The notes beneath the pieces were generated by a model, which saw only the letters and a program-made list of their open reading frames with translations, searched no databases and was not told where the DNA came from. The position numbers and the translations under genes are program-made. Positions 17,993 to 28,890 of a stretch of DNA of 64,000 nt are shown one piece after another. This DNA is from a virus. Its lineage: Duplodnaviria > Caudoviricetes. Numbering within the stretch: the first letter of the stretch is position 1; the number at the start of each line of letters is the position of its first letter. Where the stretch lies: positions 32,001 through 96,000 of IMG/VR virus record IMGVR_UViG_642973512_000001; one strand, written 5' to 3'.

Positions 17993-18412
17993 ATGTTAAA
18001 TAACGCTAATAACGGCTCTATAGATAATCTTACAAAACTTGCTTCTGAAATAGCTCAGGGAACTAAGAGAACATATACTCATGAAATGGACTACTCACAC
18101 ATTGATCCTAGATTCGTAGGAAAAATAGTGTTTCACCACCCTTCTCAGCTTGAACAAATGCAGATTGGTATCAGGAGGGCGGCTTTACTGGGTGGCATAG
18201 TCCCTATGGATGTTAAGACTGATAACTTGGTACTTATGCTGGCTACATTTGAGCAAGTCATTGACTACAAGCCAGACTGGTTTGACTTCAACAACCCAGA
18301 ACTAGACTATGAAATTCTAGTAGATGCATTTAAGGCTTATGATAATTGGTATCATTCCTTTCGTAAACCAAGTGAACCCGGAGAAGCTAAAGGAAATAGC
18401 CAAAACTCTTGA
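17993..18412 (+). CDS. Tail assembly chaperone (gpG-like)
   Basis: Between tube and tape measure; AGGAGG RBS; overlaps the next ORF. Confidence 0.8.
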   Translation: MLNNANNGSIDNLTKLASEIAQGTKRTYTHEMDYSHIDPRFVGKIVFHHPSQLEQMQIGIRRAALLGGIVPMDVKTDNLVLMLATFEQVIDYKPDWFDFNNPELDYEILVDAFKAYDNWYHSFRKPSEPGEAKGNSQNS

Positions 18413-18776
18413 ATCTAGATTTGATTGGTGGATACAAAAGGAATTTGGGGTCCTACCATCAGACCCCAGATTTACTAGTTTAACTAAGGAACAGAAGTCT
18501 CTTATGTTTTGGCATTTCCAGATGGATAAAAACCCACAAGCCTTTGTAAAGGATGGTAAAGCACGTGATGACGACTATGAAGAGGAAGAAAGACAGCTAG
18601 AGGAAGAGGATGTAGGAGAGGAAGGTGTCCCAAAACCTATGCCTGAGGGTGGGTATCATGACCCTGAGTTTGATGAGGAGTGGGACAGTGACTTCGAGGA
18701 TTTTGACACCATTGGTGAAGTTTCTCCAAAGGTGGATATAGACAAATATGATGAGGACAAGTGGGAGGAGGTGTAG
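18360..18776 (+). CDS. Tail assembly chaperone extension (gpT-like), probably reached by +1 frameshift
   Basis: +1 frame relative to 17993, no convincing own RBS/start; TCC TTT CGT at 18356-18364; LPSDPRF..LT.EQ motif. Confidence 0.65.
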   Translation, partial: FVNQVNPEKLKEIAKTLESRFDWWIQKEFGVLPSDPRFTSLTKEQKSLMFWHFQMDKNPQAFVKDGKARDDDYEEEERQLEEEDVGEEGVPKPMPEGGYHDPEFDEEWDSDFEDFDTIGEVSPKVDIDKYDEDKWEEV

Positions 18777-18779
18777 CGT

Positions 18780-21452
18780 ATGGCTTCATCTAACAGGGAT
18801 GTAAGATTAAGCATGAGTATGGATACAAGTGATGCCATACGAAGCTTAAGAGAATTTGAACGCCAAACTGAAAAGTTAGGGTCTTTAGCAGATCAAGGAG
18901 AAAAGCTACAAAATGGTTTTCTGTCACGTAGGCAGGTACAAACCTATAGGGGCATAATGTCAGAAATGGCTGGTGTATATACTAGGTATAAGGACCAGCT
19001 TTCTCAGATTGATAAGAAGTATGAGGACCTACAGAAGACAGAAGAGGTCCGAAAATTACGAGAGCTTGAAAACAACCTGAAACGGAGACAACAGTTATAC
19101 AGTCAGGCTACAGGTAATAACAGGTGGGGTGACCAAGCATCCCCTAAAGTACAGCAATACCACAAAGATCAGCTAGCTTCTGCTCAACAACAGCTAAATG
19201 CATATCAGGGTGACTCCACCTTAAAGCAGATATTGCAAGAGATTAAAGACACTGAAGCAAGCAGAAGCGCTATGACAGCCGCTGTGGAAAATCTAAGTGC
19301 TCAGAATGACAGGGCACAGACCTATGCCAGTAGAATAAATAGTATGTATGAACAAGACCCTCAATCTAGAAGGTACGCTAATGCGGCAGTAAGAACTTTA
19401 TCTGCTACTGGGGCTATAACTTCTCTTGGGGGTTATGTTGGTTATACAATGTCTGGCATAGACAAACTGAGAGAGCAGGAGAGACTATCACAAAATGTTA
19501 CTCAGCGGATGGATGCTTATTATAATACTCCGATAGCTGACTCAGAACAGCGTGAAGCTATTCAGTCAATGGGTGAGTCCTATGGGTACAACACAGCAGA
19601 GGTAGCACAGGCTCAGCAATCCCAGCTTGATGGTGGAAGTCAAGGTAGTATAGAGAAGTTTAATTCTGATACTGATTCCTTATTGAAGACATCTAGGTCT
19701 TTAGCTCTTGATCCTACAAGCATGGCTCAAAATACCTCCATGCTTAGGAAAATGGGTGCTATGGATGAAGGAGACATGCAGAAATTTGCTAACCTTTTAG
19801 CAGGTGCTATATCCAAGACAGGAACCTCTGGTCGTGAGGAGGAAATGTTACAAGCCACCACCTCTTTATTGCAATCTGTATCTCAGGGTCAAGCTAAGTT
19901 GTCCTCCCAGGATATGGATAACGTTGTAGGATTACAGACAGCAATGGGGGAGGCTGTTCCTGAGTTAACAGGGGATAGAGGGGTGGCTTTATTATCCACT
20001 ATTGACGCCAATATTAAAAATGGGGATAACGCCTTAGACCTATTGATGGGTAAAGGAACTGAATTTGTTGGCATATCAGGCGTAACAAAACTAGAGGAGC
20101 TTAAGGAACAGGGTATCTCCAATCCTGAAAACCTACAAAGAATCCTTAATAATGTCGACACTATGTTCAATGGCAGTGAGGACATGACTAAGTTGGCACT
20201 TAAAGAACATCTAGGGTTGCAAATAAATGAGTATAATGCCTTGAAAAAGGGTGGCTTTATAGACCGCATCAAGAAGGGTGACATGCCTACAGCAAAAGAG
20301 CTTAAAGATGCTGGTTTAGACAGTTTATCTGAAAAATGGGGTAAATATGACTCAAGTGAGACAAGTAGACTTAATAGTCTTGACTCTCAGGGGGAAAACC
20401 TTCAAGCAGACCATGCTAAGGCGGCTGATGAGGTTGCCAAGGATTCTAGGGGTCTGTGGCATAGCTTACCAGATTGGATGCAACACGGCTTATTACCTGC
20501 CGCAGGTATTGGTGGTGCTGGTTTAGCCATAGCCAAAGGTGGGGTCCTTATGAGAGGAGCTACAGGTGCCCTGCAAAGAGTCTTTGGTAGAAACATCGGT
20601 AGCGGTGGAGCTGGAGGTACTGGTGCTGGAGGAAGTATGGCTAGTACCTTGAGAGGATGGTTTGGTTCCGCTTCTGGTGCGGCTGATGATATAGCGACAG
20701 GGACATCCAGTGCTTTAAGAGGAACAGCTAACTATGCAGATGACCTAGCTAGATTTAGTGGAGGTTCTCTGGACACATTCCTAAAGGGTGCATCTAAGAA
20801 GTTACCTTATGTTGGTGGTCTGCTAACCGTAGGATTGGACCGAGCTGAGAACCCTGATAGTGACTGGGGTAGAAGCTTGGCTAAGGGTGTAGGTAGTGTT
20901 GTTGGGGGATTACTAGGTGGAGCTGGAGCCGTTGCCTTAGGCATAGGTACTGGAGGAGCAGGACTACTTGCTACAGGTGCTATGGCGGCAGGAGGTGGAG
21001 CCGCAGGGGAAGCAACAGGAGACTGGTTGTACTCCTTATTTAACGGGGAGGAGGACAGCAAGAAAGGCAAGGATAAAGATTCTTCTAAAGAGAGTGAACA
21101 GTCATTATCTAAGGATTCTAAGGAGACACCTCTTTCAAGCGCTGACCCTAACATAACAAATACTAGTACCTCAGGGACTAATGCAGACCCTTCAGAGAAA
21201 GATTTAAGTGTTAGCAAAATGTATATAGATGACAAAGACCTATCAGCCATGTTTGCTAACTCTAGTACTCCTGGGTTAAATGGTAAAGACCTTAATGTTA
21301 ACATCAATGTAAGTGGCGCTATTGATGGTATGGATAAGGACAACCAAGATCAGGTTAATGAGTCAATCAAAGATTGGTTTAAAAAGGGCATCACTACTAA
21401 TATGTTTGGTAGTTCCGGTTTGAATCTTGCTAATGATCAATATAGAGCGTAG
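18780..21452 (+). CDS. Tape measure protein
   Basis: 890 aa, helical with a Gly/Ala-rich segment; canonical position after the chaperones. Confidence 0.85.
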   Translation: MASSNRDVRLSMSMDTSDAIRSLREFERQTEKLGSLADQGEKLQNGFLSRRQVQTYRGIMSEMAGVYTRYKDQLSQIDKKYEDLQKTEEVRKLRELENNLKRRQQLYSQATGNNRWGDQASPKVQQYHKDQLASAQQQLNAYQGDSTLKQILQEIKDTEASRSAMTAAVENLSAQNDRAQTYASRINSMYEQDPQSRRYANAAVRTLSATGAITSLGGYVGYTMSGIDKLREQERLSQNVTQRMDAYYNTPIADSEQREAIQSMGESYGYNTAEVAQAQQSQLDGGSQGSIEKFNSDTDSLLKTSRSLALDPTSMAQNTSMLRKMGAMDEGDMQKFANLLAGAISKTGTSGREEEMLQATTSLLQSVSQGQAKLSSQDMDNVVGLQTAMGEAVPELTGDRGVALLSTIDANIKNGDNALDLLMGKGTEFVGISGVTKLEELKEQGISNPENLQRILNNVDTMFNGSEDMTKLALKEHLGLQINEYNALKKGGFIDRIKKGDMPTAKELKDAGLDSLSEKWGKYDSSETSRLNSLDSQGENLQADHAKAADEVAKDSRGLWHSLPDWMQHGLLPAAGIGGAGLAIAKGGVLMRGATGALQRVFGRNIGSGGAGGTGAGGSMASTLRGWFGSASGAADDIATGTSSALRGTANYADDLARFSGGSLDTFLKGASKKLPYVGGLLTVGLDRAENPDSDWGRSLAKGVGSVVGGLLGGAGAVALGIGTGGAGLLATGAMAAGGGAAGEATGDWLYSLFNGEEDSKKGKDKDSSKESEQSLSKDSKETPLSSADPNITNTSTSGTNADPSEKDLSVSKMYIDDKDLSAMFANSSTPGLNGKDLNVNINVSGAIDGMDKDNQDQVNESIKDWFKKGITTNMFGSSGLNLANDQYRA

Positions 21453-21463
21453 GAGGTTAGACT

Positions 21464-23632
21464 ATGACTGTTACTAGGTACAAACCTGAAGCTGTTATTA
21501 CCTTCTATACAGAAACGGGCGATTTAGTCGCCCGTAATGTTAAGGACCCTAAATCCAATGAGGACAGTGACTTTGTAAGTATAACAACCCTCAGGGACAT
21601 GAACACCGATTCTCCAACTTTCACTATCAACTTGACTAGAAAAAAGATGTGGCATAAATGGATAACATCCAATGATCTTGTTAAGATAGAAATGCACAGA
21701 CCCCCACAGATTAAGCAGACAGTATTTGTTGGTCTTGTAGATGATGTTAGGAAAAACGTTGTTCTAAGTGACGATGGAGTCCAAAGGGTTATCACAATCA
21801 CAGGAAGAGGAATAGCTAAGGCATTCATAGAAAATGACATAGGTGTAGTTCCAGAAGCTGAATACGCATCCACAACAGTTGGTTGGCTACAATCGGTTGG
21901 GGTAAACCTAGCTGGGTCCTCTATGTCTCAGATACTAAAGGCAACTTGGGACATAGTAGCCAAAAAAATGGTAAATTATAGATGGGAAAACCACAAGGAA
22001 CTATTTGATATTATTGGGTATAGTTTTACAGATAGACCCAACATGGTTTTACTGGATGACTCCTCTATCATAAACTATGAGGGCAGTTTATACTCTTTCT
22101 TGAAGGAAATAGCAGAACCCCCATTTTATGAACTTTTCTTCAAGATAGTTGCTAATGTGCCTATGCTAGTGGCTAGACCCACCCCATTTAACCCAGAGGA
22201 ATGGAACAAACTAAAAGCCCATAAGATAACGGATGATGACGTTGTCAATGAGGAGATAGGAAGGTCAGATGTAGAAACATACACCTTGTATTCTGTAGGT
22301 GCTAAGACCCTCTTCAGCCCTAACGACACGTATAAAACTTTTGGACAAAGACCTTTCTGGTATAAGCCTTATGCTGACAAGTACGGTATAAAACGATTAC
22401 ATGTAGAAAGTGCGTACATGTCAGTGGCGCAGGACACTGATGCTAGCCTAGTTGATATCATGAGGGAACTTATGGCAGATTTGTATAACTGGAATATACG
22501 AAATAACTCTTTCTACAATGGAAAGATAGTTGTGGTGGGTAAATCCGAATATCAAATAGGAGAAAGGCTACTATACCACTCAGATGAGGATCAGAGTATA
22601 CGGGAGTTCTATATCACATCTGTAAGACATACTTTTACTAACTATGGTAAATGGATAACAGAGCTTGGAGTCACTAGGGGATGTCACCCTAATGAGAGGT
22701 TCCTTCCTCCAGTAGGTATGTACACCGAGTATAGTGGTATAGGTCTGATTGAGTTTAATCCTGAAAAAGCTAGGGAGGCACTTATGTCAGGATCGGATCA
22801 GTCCAATCCTTTGGATACTAGTGACCAAGTTACTGCCAATGACGTTGTTGCGGGTGCTTATGAGGTCATGAACAACGGTATTAACGGTCATAAAGTTAGG
22901 TATGTTTTTGGGGGTAACTCACCAAAAACAGGCTCTTTGGATTGTTCGTCCTTTACACAGTATGTCTATAAAACTTACGCAGGTTTGGATATAGGAAGGG
23001 TCACGGGTCAGCAGGTACAGAAGGGTACAAAAGTGGCTAAGGATAAACTAGAGCCAGGTGATCTAGTATTCTTCAAGAATACCTACAATAGTTCACACAT
23101 CTATGGAGTATCTCACGTGGGTATTTATGTTGGCGATGGTAAATTCATCAACAACTCCAGTGGCGGTGGGGGAGTGCAGATTGATAAACTATCTAACAGT
23201 TACTGGACTGCACACTGGCTAATGGGAAGAAGAGTATTGTCTAAGAAGACCACCAGCCCTAGTAAGTCAACAGGTAAGGGAACTAATTATACAGCTACTG
23301 CATATGGAGCATCTAAAGAAAACTTAGGCGTTCCTGACTGGTGGGTCCCAACATTCAAGACGGCTACTGGAACAACACCTACCGAGGGAAGGACTATAGC
23401 TGTTGATCCAGATGTTATACCACTGCATAGCAAGGTGTATATTGAGTCAGACTTTCCAGGAATTACTGGAGAATATATAGCTGAAGACACCGGGGGAGCT
23501 ATTAAAGGTAAGAGGATTGACATCTACTTTAATGATATACCTCCTAAATACAGCCCTTCAGCGGCAAGAAAAAGAATGCTCAAATTTGGCAAACGTACTG
23601 TTAAGGTCACAATATTGAGGAGGGGTAAGTAA
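21464..23632 (+). CDS. Baseplate hub/tail-associated lysin with NlpC/P60 and 3D domains
   Basis: YVFGG...LDCSSF..YVY, PGDLVFF, HVGIYVG (NlpC/P60); ATAY...IAVDPDVIPL..AEDTGGAIKG.RIDIY (3D). Confidence 0.88.
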   Translation: MTVTRYKPEAVITFYTETGDLVARNVKDPKSNEDSDFVSITTLRDMNTDSPTFTINLTRKKMWHKWITSNDLVKIEMHRPPQIKQTVFVGLVDDVRKNVVLSDDGVQRVITITGRGIAKAFIENDIGVVPEAEYASTTVGWLQSVGVNLAGSSMSQILKATWDIVAKKMVNYRWENHKELFDIIGYSFTDRPNMVLLDDSSIINYEGSLYSFLKEIAEPPFYELFFKIVANVPMLVARPTPFNPEEWNKLKAHKITDDDVVNEEIGRSDVETYTLYSVGAKTLFSPNDTYKTFGQRPFWYKPYADKYGIKRLHVESAYMSVAQDTDASLVDIMRELMADLYNWNIRNNSFYNGKIVVVGKSEYQIGERLLYHSDEDQSIREFYITSVRHTFTNYGKWITELGVTRGCHPNERFLPPVGMYTEYSGIGLIEFNPEKAREALMSGSDQSNPLDTSDQVTANDVVAGAYEVMNNGINGHKVRYVFGGNSPKTGSLDCSSFTQYVYKTYAGLDIGRVTGQQVQKGTKVAKDKLEPGDLVFFKNTYNSSHIYGVSHVGIYVGDGKFINNSSGGGGVQIDKLSNSYWTAHWLMGRRVLSKKTTSPSKSTGKGTNYTATAYGASKENLGVPDWWVPTFKTATGTTPTEGRTIAVDPDVIPLHSKVYIESDFPGITGEYIAEDTGGAIKGKRIDIYFNDIPPKYSPSAARKRMLKFGKRTVKVTILRRGK

Positions 23633-24687
23633 TGAATATAGATATCAATACCCAACCACACTTAGGTAAATTCTTTGATAACTACAAGCCACAGGACAAC
23701 AATGGGAGGTTGTCCTTGGCTAAGGTTATTAGGGTACACCATAAATCGGGTACAGCAGATGTGCAGGTAGTCAAAAATAATAATACTATAACCTCTAGTC
23801 CTGAGAATGAGGGCAGATTTTCAGCCAGAATTCTTACATCTTCAGCCCACTTTGATGAGACTCTTATGACTTCCTCTGGAGTTGTAGAACCTGTGATGGA
23901 AGGACAACTGGTAGTAGTCGGTTATCTTGACAACCAAAAAAGACAGCCAGTTATACTAGGAAGTTTTCACAATACATGGCAAATGGAAATGAATATACTC
24001 ACAGATACTTACCCTTTAGATGTGGCAAATGATTTTGATGCTATGCGGGAGGGAAATAAGTACCTCAGAGTGTATCCTTCCCAAATGTTTCATAAAGTGG
24101 ATGGTATAGGGGCTGTGGAATGGTCTCACCCATCTACAACTTTTCTTAAGATTGATCCTGACTTAGAGGGAGCTATAAATGATGATCATGACGGCTTTGA
24201 CCACAAAGATTTAACAGAAAAGGACCCATACACTAATAAGACCCGTACAGGAAGAATAGAGGGATCAAGCCTACCTGTTAAGATGCTCTTTACCCATAGG
24301 AGTTCAGCACAGTTAGATGAGATAGATGAGGTAACATGGACCAAGTTCTATTTAGACCCTACAGGTCTTTTCAGGATAACTAGAGACCCTAACGATAATA
24401 CTACCACCTTCATGGAGTTTAATGAGTCAGGTGGGTACAGAGTGAAAAGACAACTGGATAGTCCTTTTCATGATGAAGGAACCAGTACAGTAGAAATGGG
24501 AATTACTGAATCTGGCGGGGCGTTTATGAAACGTAGCTTTGCAGGGGTAGAAATTGGTATAGAGGTCAGCGAAAATGGCGAAATGACTCTAAAGCATCAT
24601 ACAGGAAGCGTTATACAATTTGACAATAACGGGGATATTATAATTAACGCTAAGAGAAAAATAGTTATGAATGAGGGAGGGGAATAA
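23632..24687 (+). CDS. Putative baseplate central spike (gpV/gp5-like)
   Basis: N-terminal OB-fold-like EGQLVVVGYLD...PVILGS; C-terminal short beta repeats. Confidence 0.65.
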   Translation: MNIDINTQPHLGKFFDNYKPQDNNGRLSLAKVIRVHHKSGTADVQVVKNNNTITSSPENEGRFSARILTSSAHFDETLMTSSGVVEPVMEGQLVVVGYLDNQKRQPVILGSFHNTWQMEMNILTDTYPLDVANDFDAMREGNKYLRVYPSQMFHKVDGIGAVEWSHPSTTFLKIDPDLEGAINDDHDGFDHKDLTEKDPYTNKTRTGRIEGSSLPVKMLFTHRSSAQLDEIDEVTWTKFYLDPTGLFRITRDPNDNTTTFMEFNESGGYRVKRQLDSPFHDEGTSTVEMGITESGGAFMKRSFAGVEIGIEVSENGEMTLKHHTGSVIQFDNNGDIIINAKRKIVMNEGGE

Positions 24688-24688
24688 A

Positions 24689-25378
24689 ATGCCAGTACCA
24701 GTTGATGGAAATGGGGATTCCGTGTATATCCCTCAGACTAATGAGGTCATAAACAAGGACCAGACAAAAGTCACTAAAGTAGGTAAGGAAGAAAAGATAG
24801 GGGCTGTTTTAGATTCCATTGAGCCTAAGAAGCCTTCTATACCTAAGTTTACATCAGGCAACTCTCAGAGTGATGGCAAAAACAGCTTAAAGCGTTTTGA
24901 ATTTGAATTTGATGGCAAGTCCTATAAGTTTGTCCTCAACCCAGAAGAATATGATCAAACAGAACCTAGTAGGGTTAATGTCACCCAAACAAAGGGAGGG
25001 GCTTTTGTAGATGACTTTGGAGGAGGAGTCCCTACCGTTGTTATGTCAGGAACCACAGGTTTCAAGAATGGAACCAAAGACCCTACTAGTGGATTCAAAA
25101 AGTTTAAAGAGTTAAGGGATCTTATTAGAGAATACTATTTTGGTGAAGCGCCCGGAAGTGCTGTGAAAGCAAGCAAAGAGCTAACATTCCACAACCATAC
25201 AGACGGAGAGCACTGGATAGCTGTACCTACTACATTTTCATTGAAACGGTCCGTTGCCAGACCTCTCTTATATCTGTATAACATAGAAATGATTTTAGTG
25301 CGACCTGCAAAAGAACCAAATGCCTCCAGTAAGTCTAGCGACTTAAAAACTAGTCTACCACAGAACAAGGTTGGATAG
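24689..25378 (+). CDS. Putative baseplate/tail-tube initiator protein
   Basis: F.LNPEEY...EP.R...TQTKGG.FVDDFG.G, SGTTG and RPLLY.Y motifs. Confidence 0.6.
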   Translation: MPVPVDGNGDSVYIPQTNEVINKDQTKVTKVGKEEKIGAVLDSIEPKKPSIPKFTSGNSQSDGKNSLKRFEFEFDGKSYKFVLNPEEYDQTEPSRVNVTQTKGGAFVDDFGGGVPTVVMSGTTGFKNGTKDPTSGFKKFKELRDLIREYYFGEAPGSAVKASKELTFHNHTDGEHWIAVPTTFSLKRSVARPLLYLYNIEMILVRPAKEPNASSKSSDLKTSLPQNKVG

Positions 25379-25389
25379 GAGGAAATATC

Positions 25390-26085
25390 ATGGACGATAA
25401 TATCTTTAGGAGTGTATCTGAGGAATACATCACAAAGTATCTAGACATTAATATGGTGGACTCCTTATTTACTGCCTGCTATAATCTTAGTTCTCTCATA
25501 GGAGATTGTAATGGTCGTTTACCTAGAGACATAGCTAGGAGGGCTGTGCGTAACCTTGAGATTGTAACTCCAGGAGTAATTATGGTAGGTGATATGAGTG
25601 TGATCAATGCCCCTCAACCCCCTGATATAGCTATCCCACAGGATATGTATGTAGCAGAAGTAACAAACCACGGTTTTCAGCTGTATACTCAGATTAAAAA
25701 GGACGATTATACAGTGGTGTTGGGGGCAGATGAGACTACTAGGGTTCAGTACTTTAGCCCTTTAGTTTATTACTCAGAGGATGTACCTCCTGAAATCAGG
25801 TATGCCCTAATAGGTTTGTACTTGGATTCTTTTGCTCTATACAGGGAGCTTATGGGGTCCTCATATAACTCTACTTTAGATTCTATACTTTACGGTGACA
25901 TGGAGAGAATGATCACTAACCTGTTGTGGGTAAGCAAAAAAGTAGAAGACCTAAAACCCGTACCCTATGAACTAGTGGTGGCTATCAGAAGTCTTATGAA
26001 TACTCTGGTCCACGTTAAAAATATTAAAAGACTATTTAGTGTTACGTATGGAGCAAAGTTAGAAGAAGTGTTGGGAGAGGATTGA
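25390..26085 (+). CDS. Hypothetical baseplate-region protein
   Basis: AGGAGG RBS; operon position. Confidence 0.7.
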   Translation: MDDNIFRSVSEEYITKYLDINMVDSLFTACYNLSSLIGDCNGRLPRDIARRAVRNLEIVTPGVIMVGDMSVINAPQPPDIAIPQDMYVAEVTNHGFQLYTQIKKDDYTVVLGADETTRVQYFSPLVYYSEDVPPEIRYALIGLYLDSFALYRELMGSSYNSTLDSILYGDMERMITNLLWVSKKVEDLKPVPYELVVAIRSLMNTLVHVKNIKRLFSVTYGAKLEEVLGED

Positions 26086-26086
26086 T

Positions 26087-26743
26087 ATGGCTAAGGTAAG
26101 ACGATACACAGTCATGAACGGTGACACCCTTCAGGGCATAGCACAGTCACAACTTGGTGACGCAAGTAGGTGGACTGAGATTGCTATACTCAATGAACTT
26201 AAATATCCTTTTATATCTGGAGTTGGGGAGACTATTCCTAGCACCGTTAGTCCAGGTTCGCCACTGTTCTTACCAGAAGATATGAATTATGATGACACTA
26301 CAGATAATAAGGTGGAAAGCTATGAAGATGAGTTATTTGGTACAGATTTAGCCCTCACTACCTCCGATACGAATTTTTCTTATATGGCGGGAGGGGACTT
26401 GGAGACAACCCTTTCAGGGGACTTACAAACAGTATCAGGATTAGAGAGCTTAAAACAAGATTTGATACATCGGCTCACTACTCCTATTGGTACTTTGACA
26501 TATCACCCGACATATGGAAGCAACTTTCTAGATATAGTAGGGTCCAAGATGGACTCCACTTGGAGAACTAAGGCTTCAATAGAATTAAGTAGGTGCTTTC
26601 TGTGTGACCCTAGAGTGGTCAACGTGGTAGACATTGAGGTTTCCAGAATAACTACAGGAGTAACTATAAACTGTACTATAGTAACGTCCACAGTAGCCAT
26701 TAGTATAAATGAGCAGTTGGAGGGTGATGAACTTGCAAATTAA
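26087..26743 (+). CDS. LysM + gp25/gpW-like baseplate wedge protein
   Basis: YTV..GDTL..IA...LGD..RW.EIA.LN (LysM); RL.TP.G.L.YHP.YGS and DPRV (gp25-like). Confidence 0.85.
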   Translation: MAKVRRYTVMNGDTLQGIAQSQLGDASRWTEIAILNELKYPFISGVGETIPSTVSPGSPLFLPEDMNYDDTTDNKVESYEDELFGTDLALTTSDTNFSYMAGGDLETTLSGDLQTVSGLESLKQDLIHRLTTPIGTLTYHPTYGSNFLDIVGSKMDSTWRTKASIELSRCFLCDPRVVNVVDIEVSRITTGVTINCTIVTSTVAISINEQLEGDELAN

Positions 26744-27776
26744 GACATTTAATGAGATTCTTAACTCTATGGCAAACTGGGTAAAGAACACCTCCAATAT
26801 CACCAACTTCTATGTGGGGTCAGTGATCAGGAGCTTCTTGGAAGCAGTAGCCATTGAAATAGAGTCCATCTATTTCCAGATGAAAATGGGATTCTCTTAT
26901 GCAATTGAGAATTCCATATTTCATAGTTTTGACTTTGAACGAAGACCTGCTGTAAAGGCTTCAGGTCAGGTAGTTATGGTATTTAAGACTGAGCTTCCCC
27001 AAGATATCATTATCCCTAAGGGATATATAGTTTCTACCGTCCCTGTTAAAGGAGAAATTATCTCCTTTGAAGTAACGGAAGACACGATAGCGTTTGCAGG
27101 ATATACATCAGTTGTTTTAAATGTCCAGTGTACTGATGCAGGAATAATTGGTAACGTACCTCAGTATTCTATTAAAATTGCTCTACAACCCTTAGCATTT
27201 GTTGAGTCAATCTATAATCCCGATGGTTTCTATAACGGGGCTGAAGAAGAAACTAGACAGGATAGGAAAAAGAGGTTTTCCAGTTATATAGACACTCTTG
27301 CAAAGGCTACAGTAGATGCGGTTAGATACGGTGTACTTAGTGTTGAAGGAGTTGCAGGTGTGTATGTAGAGGATAACATAGGGTTAGTTCGAGTATATGT
27401 ACATGACTCAAAAGGGGATTTACCTGATGATCTCAAGGCACGAGTAGAGGATAATATTATCAACTATAAGGCGGCGGGGGTAGAGGTATCTGTTAAGCCT
27501 GTAATCAAAAAGTTAACAGACGTAACGGTAACTGTAACCCTTACTGATGACGTGGACAAAGAGAGTTATAGGGTCATGATCGTAAACTCAGTAACCACTT
27601 TCCTAAATTATTTCCCTGTATCAAAAAGCCTAGTAAAGGCTGAGTTAATTAAGCATATTATGAACATAGATGATTTGTCTATAGTCAACGTAGTTGTAGA
27701 TATGGATAATGTTGTTCAAGTAGCAAACAACGAAATCATTAGACCAGGTACAATAACGGTGAACATACAGGAGTAG
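26733..27776 (+). CDS. Baseplate J-like wedge protein
   Basis: GSVIRS.LEAVA, C...G..GN, G.EEET, V.GV and Y.AAG motifs. TTG start spaced from GGAGG. Confidence 0.85.
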   Translation: MQIKTFNEILNSMANWVKNTSNITNFYVGSVIRSFLEAVAIEIESIYFQMKMGFSYAIENSIFHSFDFERRPAVKASGQVVMVFKTELPQDIIIPKGYIVSTVPVKGEIISFEVTEDTIAFAGYTSVVLNVQCTDAGIIGNVPQYSIKIALQPLAFVESIYNPDGFYNGAEEETRQDRKKRFSSYIDTLAKATVDAVRYGVLSVEGVAGVYVEDNIGLVRVYVHDSKGDLPDDLKARVEDNIINYKAAGVEVSVKPVIKKLTDVTVTVTLTDDVDKESYRVMIVNSVTTFLNYFPVSKSLVKAELIKHIMNIDDLSIVNVVVDMDNVVQVANNEIIRPGTITVNIQE

Positions 27777-27789
27777 GGGGTGACTTACA

Positions 27790-28878
27790 GTGAAGATAAT
27801 TGATAGGCTTCATCAGATATTCAATAGGAGATCTACTGGTGATCTCAAGCATGTTACAGATGCCCTAGATCAATCCCTTAACGGTCTATCTGATGACCTG
27901 AAAAACTTAGATTTGCAGTATGTTATTAAAACAGCTACAGGGGACTGGTTAGATGAATGGGGTAGCTGGTTTAACGTAAACAGAGGATCAGAGGAGACAG
28001 ATGAAGAATACCGTAAAAGAATACTAGCTGTAGTCACCAAACCTAAGAATACCATACCTGCCCTGTTAGACGCTATTAGAGCATACTATAACTATGATCC
28101 AAACCTTAAGGTCTGGATATATGAACCATACGTGAATGTACGTAGGTTCAGTATATCTGCCTTTTCCGGTCCAGATAAATTTACAGATGGCTCCTATTAC
28201 AGAAGGAATATAGTGGACATACACCTAAACAGGTCTGTAGACCCTGTGCTGATAAAGATACTTTTAAAGTTAAAAAGTGCAGGTGTCAAGCTATATTTTA
28301 CTTTTGTAGATGAATTGTTACAAGATGGTTTGGTACTAGAAATGTTCAGTAAGAACCCCCCAATAACAGACATGACAAGGACTACAGAGCCTACTTTTGA
28401 GAAAAGGGCGTCTAAAAGATTCTCAGTCAAAAATGGGCTATTTAACCTTTCCGGTACAAAGGTGTTATTCACGGATTATGAAAAAGAATCAAACTTAACC
28501 GCTAAACTAGACTTTCAGAACTCCATTTGGTCTTATACTCTTTTAAGAGATATTTATGAGCAGACCATCACCAACTTTGAAACAAACCAAGTTGTGCCTA
28601 AGAATATAGAAGTTGAAAGTCAGTTGACCGCTCATCTTGTTGCTGAAGAACCTCAGTCAGCAGATGCATTTAAGTATAATGACTTGGCTGGCTTTATGAC
28701 CATAGATCATTACGCCGCAGGTTCCTTAAAAATCATTGGAGACAGTCAATATAGTATTGAACACCTATCATCTGGAGATAACCCTGTACTAGCGGGATCA
28801 GATTTGACTGTTAAACAGCTATATGAACCAATTGTGGTTGAGCAGTACCCTGCCCAAGTTGAAACTACTAATGTCTAG
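27790..28878 (+). CDS. Baseplate wedge protein (gpI-like)
   Basis: TATGDWLDEWG.WF...R...ETDEEYR.RI motif after baseplate J. Confidence 0.75.
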   Translation: MKIIDRLHQIFNRRSTGDLKHVTDALDQSLNGLSDDLKNLDLQYVIKTATGDWLDEWGSWFNVNRGSEETDEEYRKRILAVVTKPKNTIPALLDAIRAYYNYDPNLKVWIYEPYVNVRRFSISAFSGPDKFTDGSYYRRNIVDIHLNRSVDPVLIKILLKLKSAGVKLYFTFVDELLQDGLVLEMFSKNPPITDMTRTTEPTFEKRASKRFSVKNGLFNLSGTKVLFTDYEKESNLTAKLDFQNSIWSYTLLRDIYEQTITNFETNQVVPKNIEVESQLTAHLVAEEPQSADAFKYNDLAGFMTIDHYAAGSLKIIGDSQYSIEHLSSGDNPVLAGSDLTVKQLYEPIVVEQYPAQVETTNV

Positions 28879-28890
28879 GAGGTAATATAA

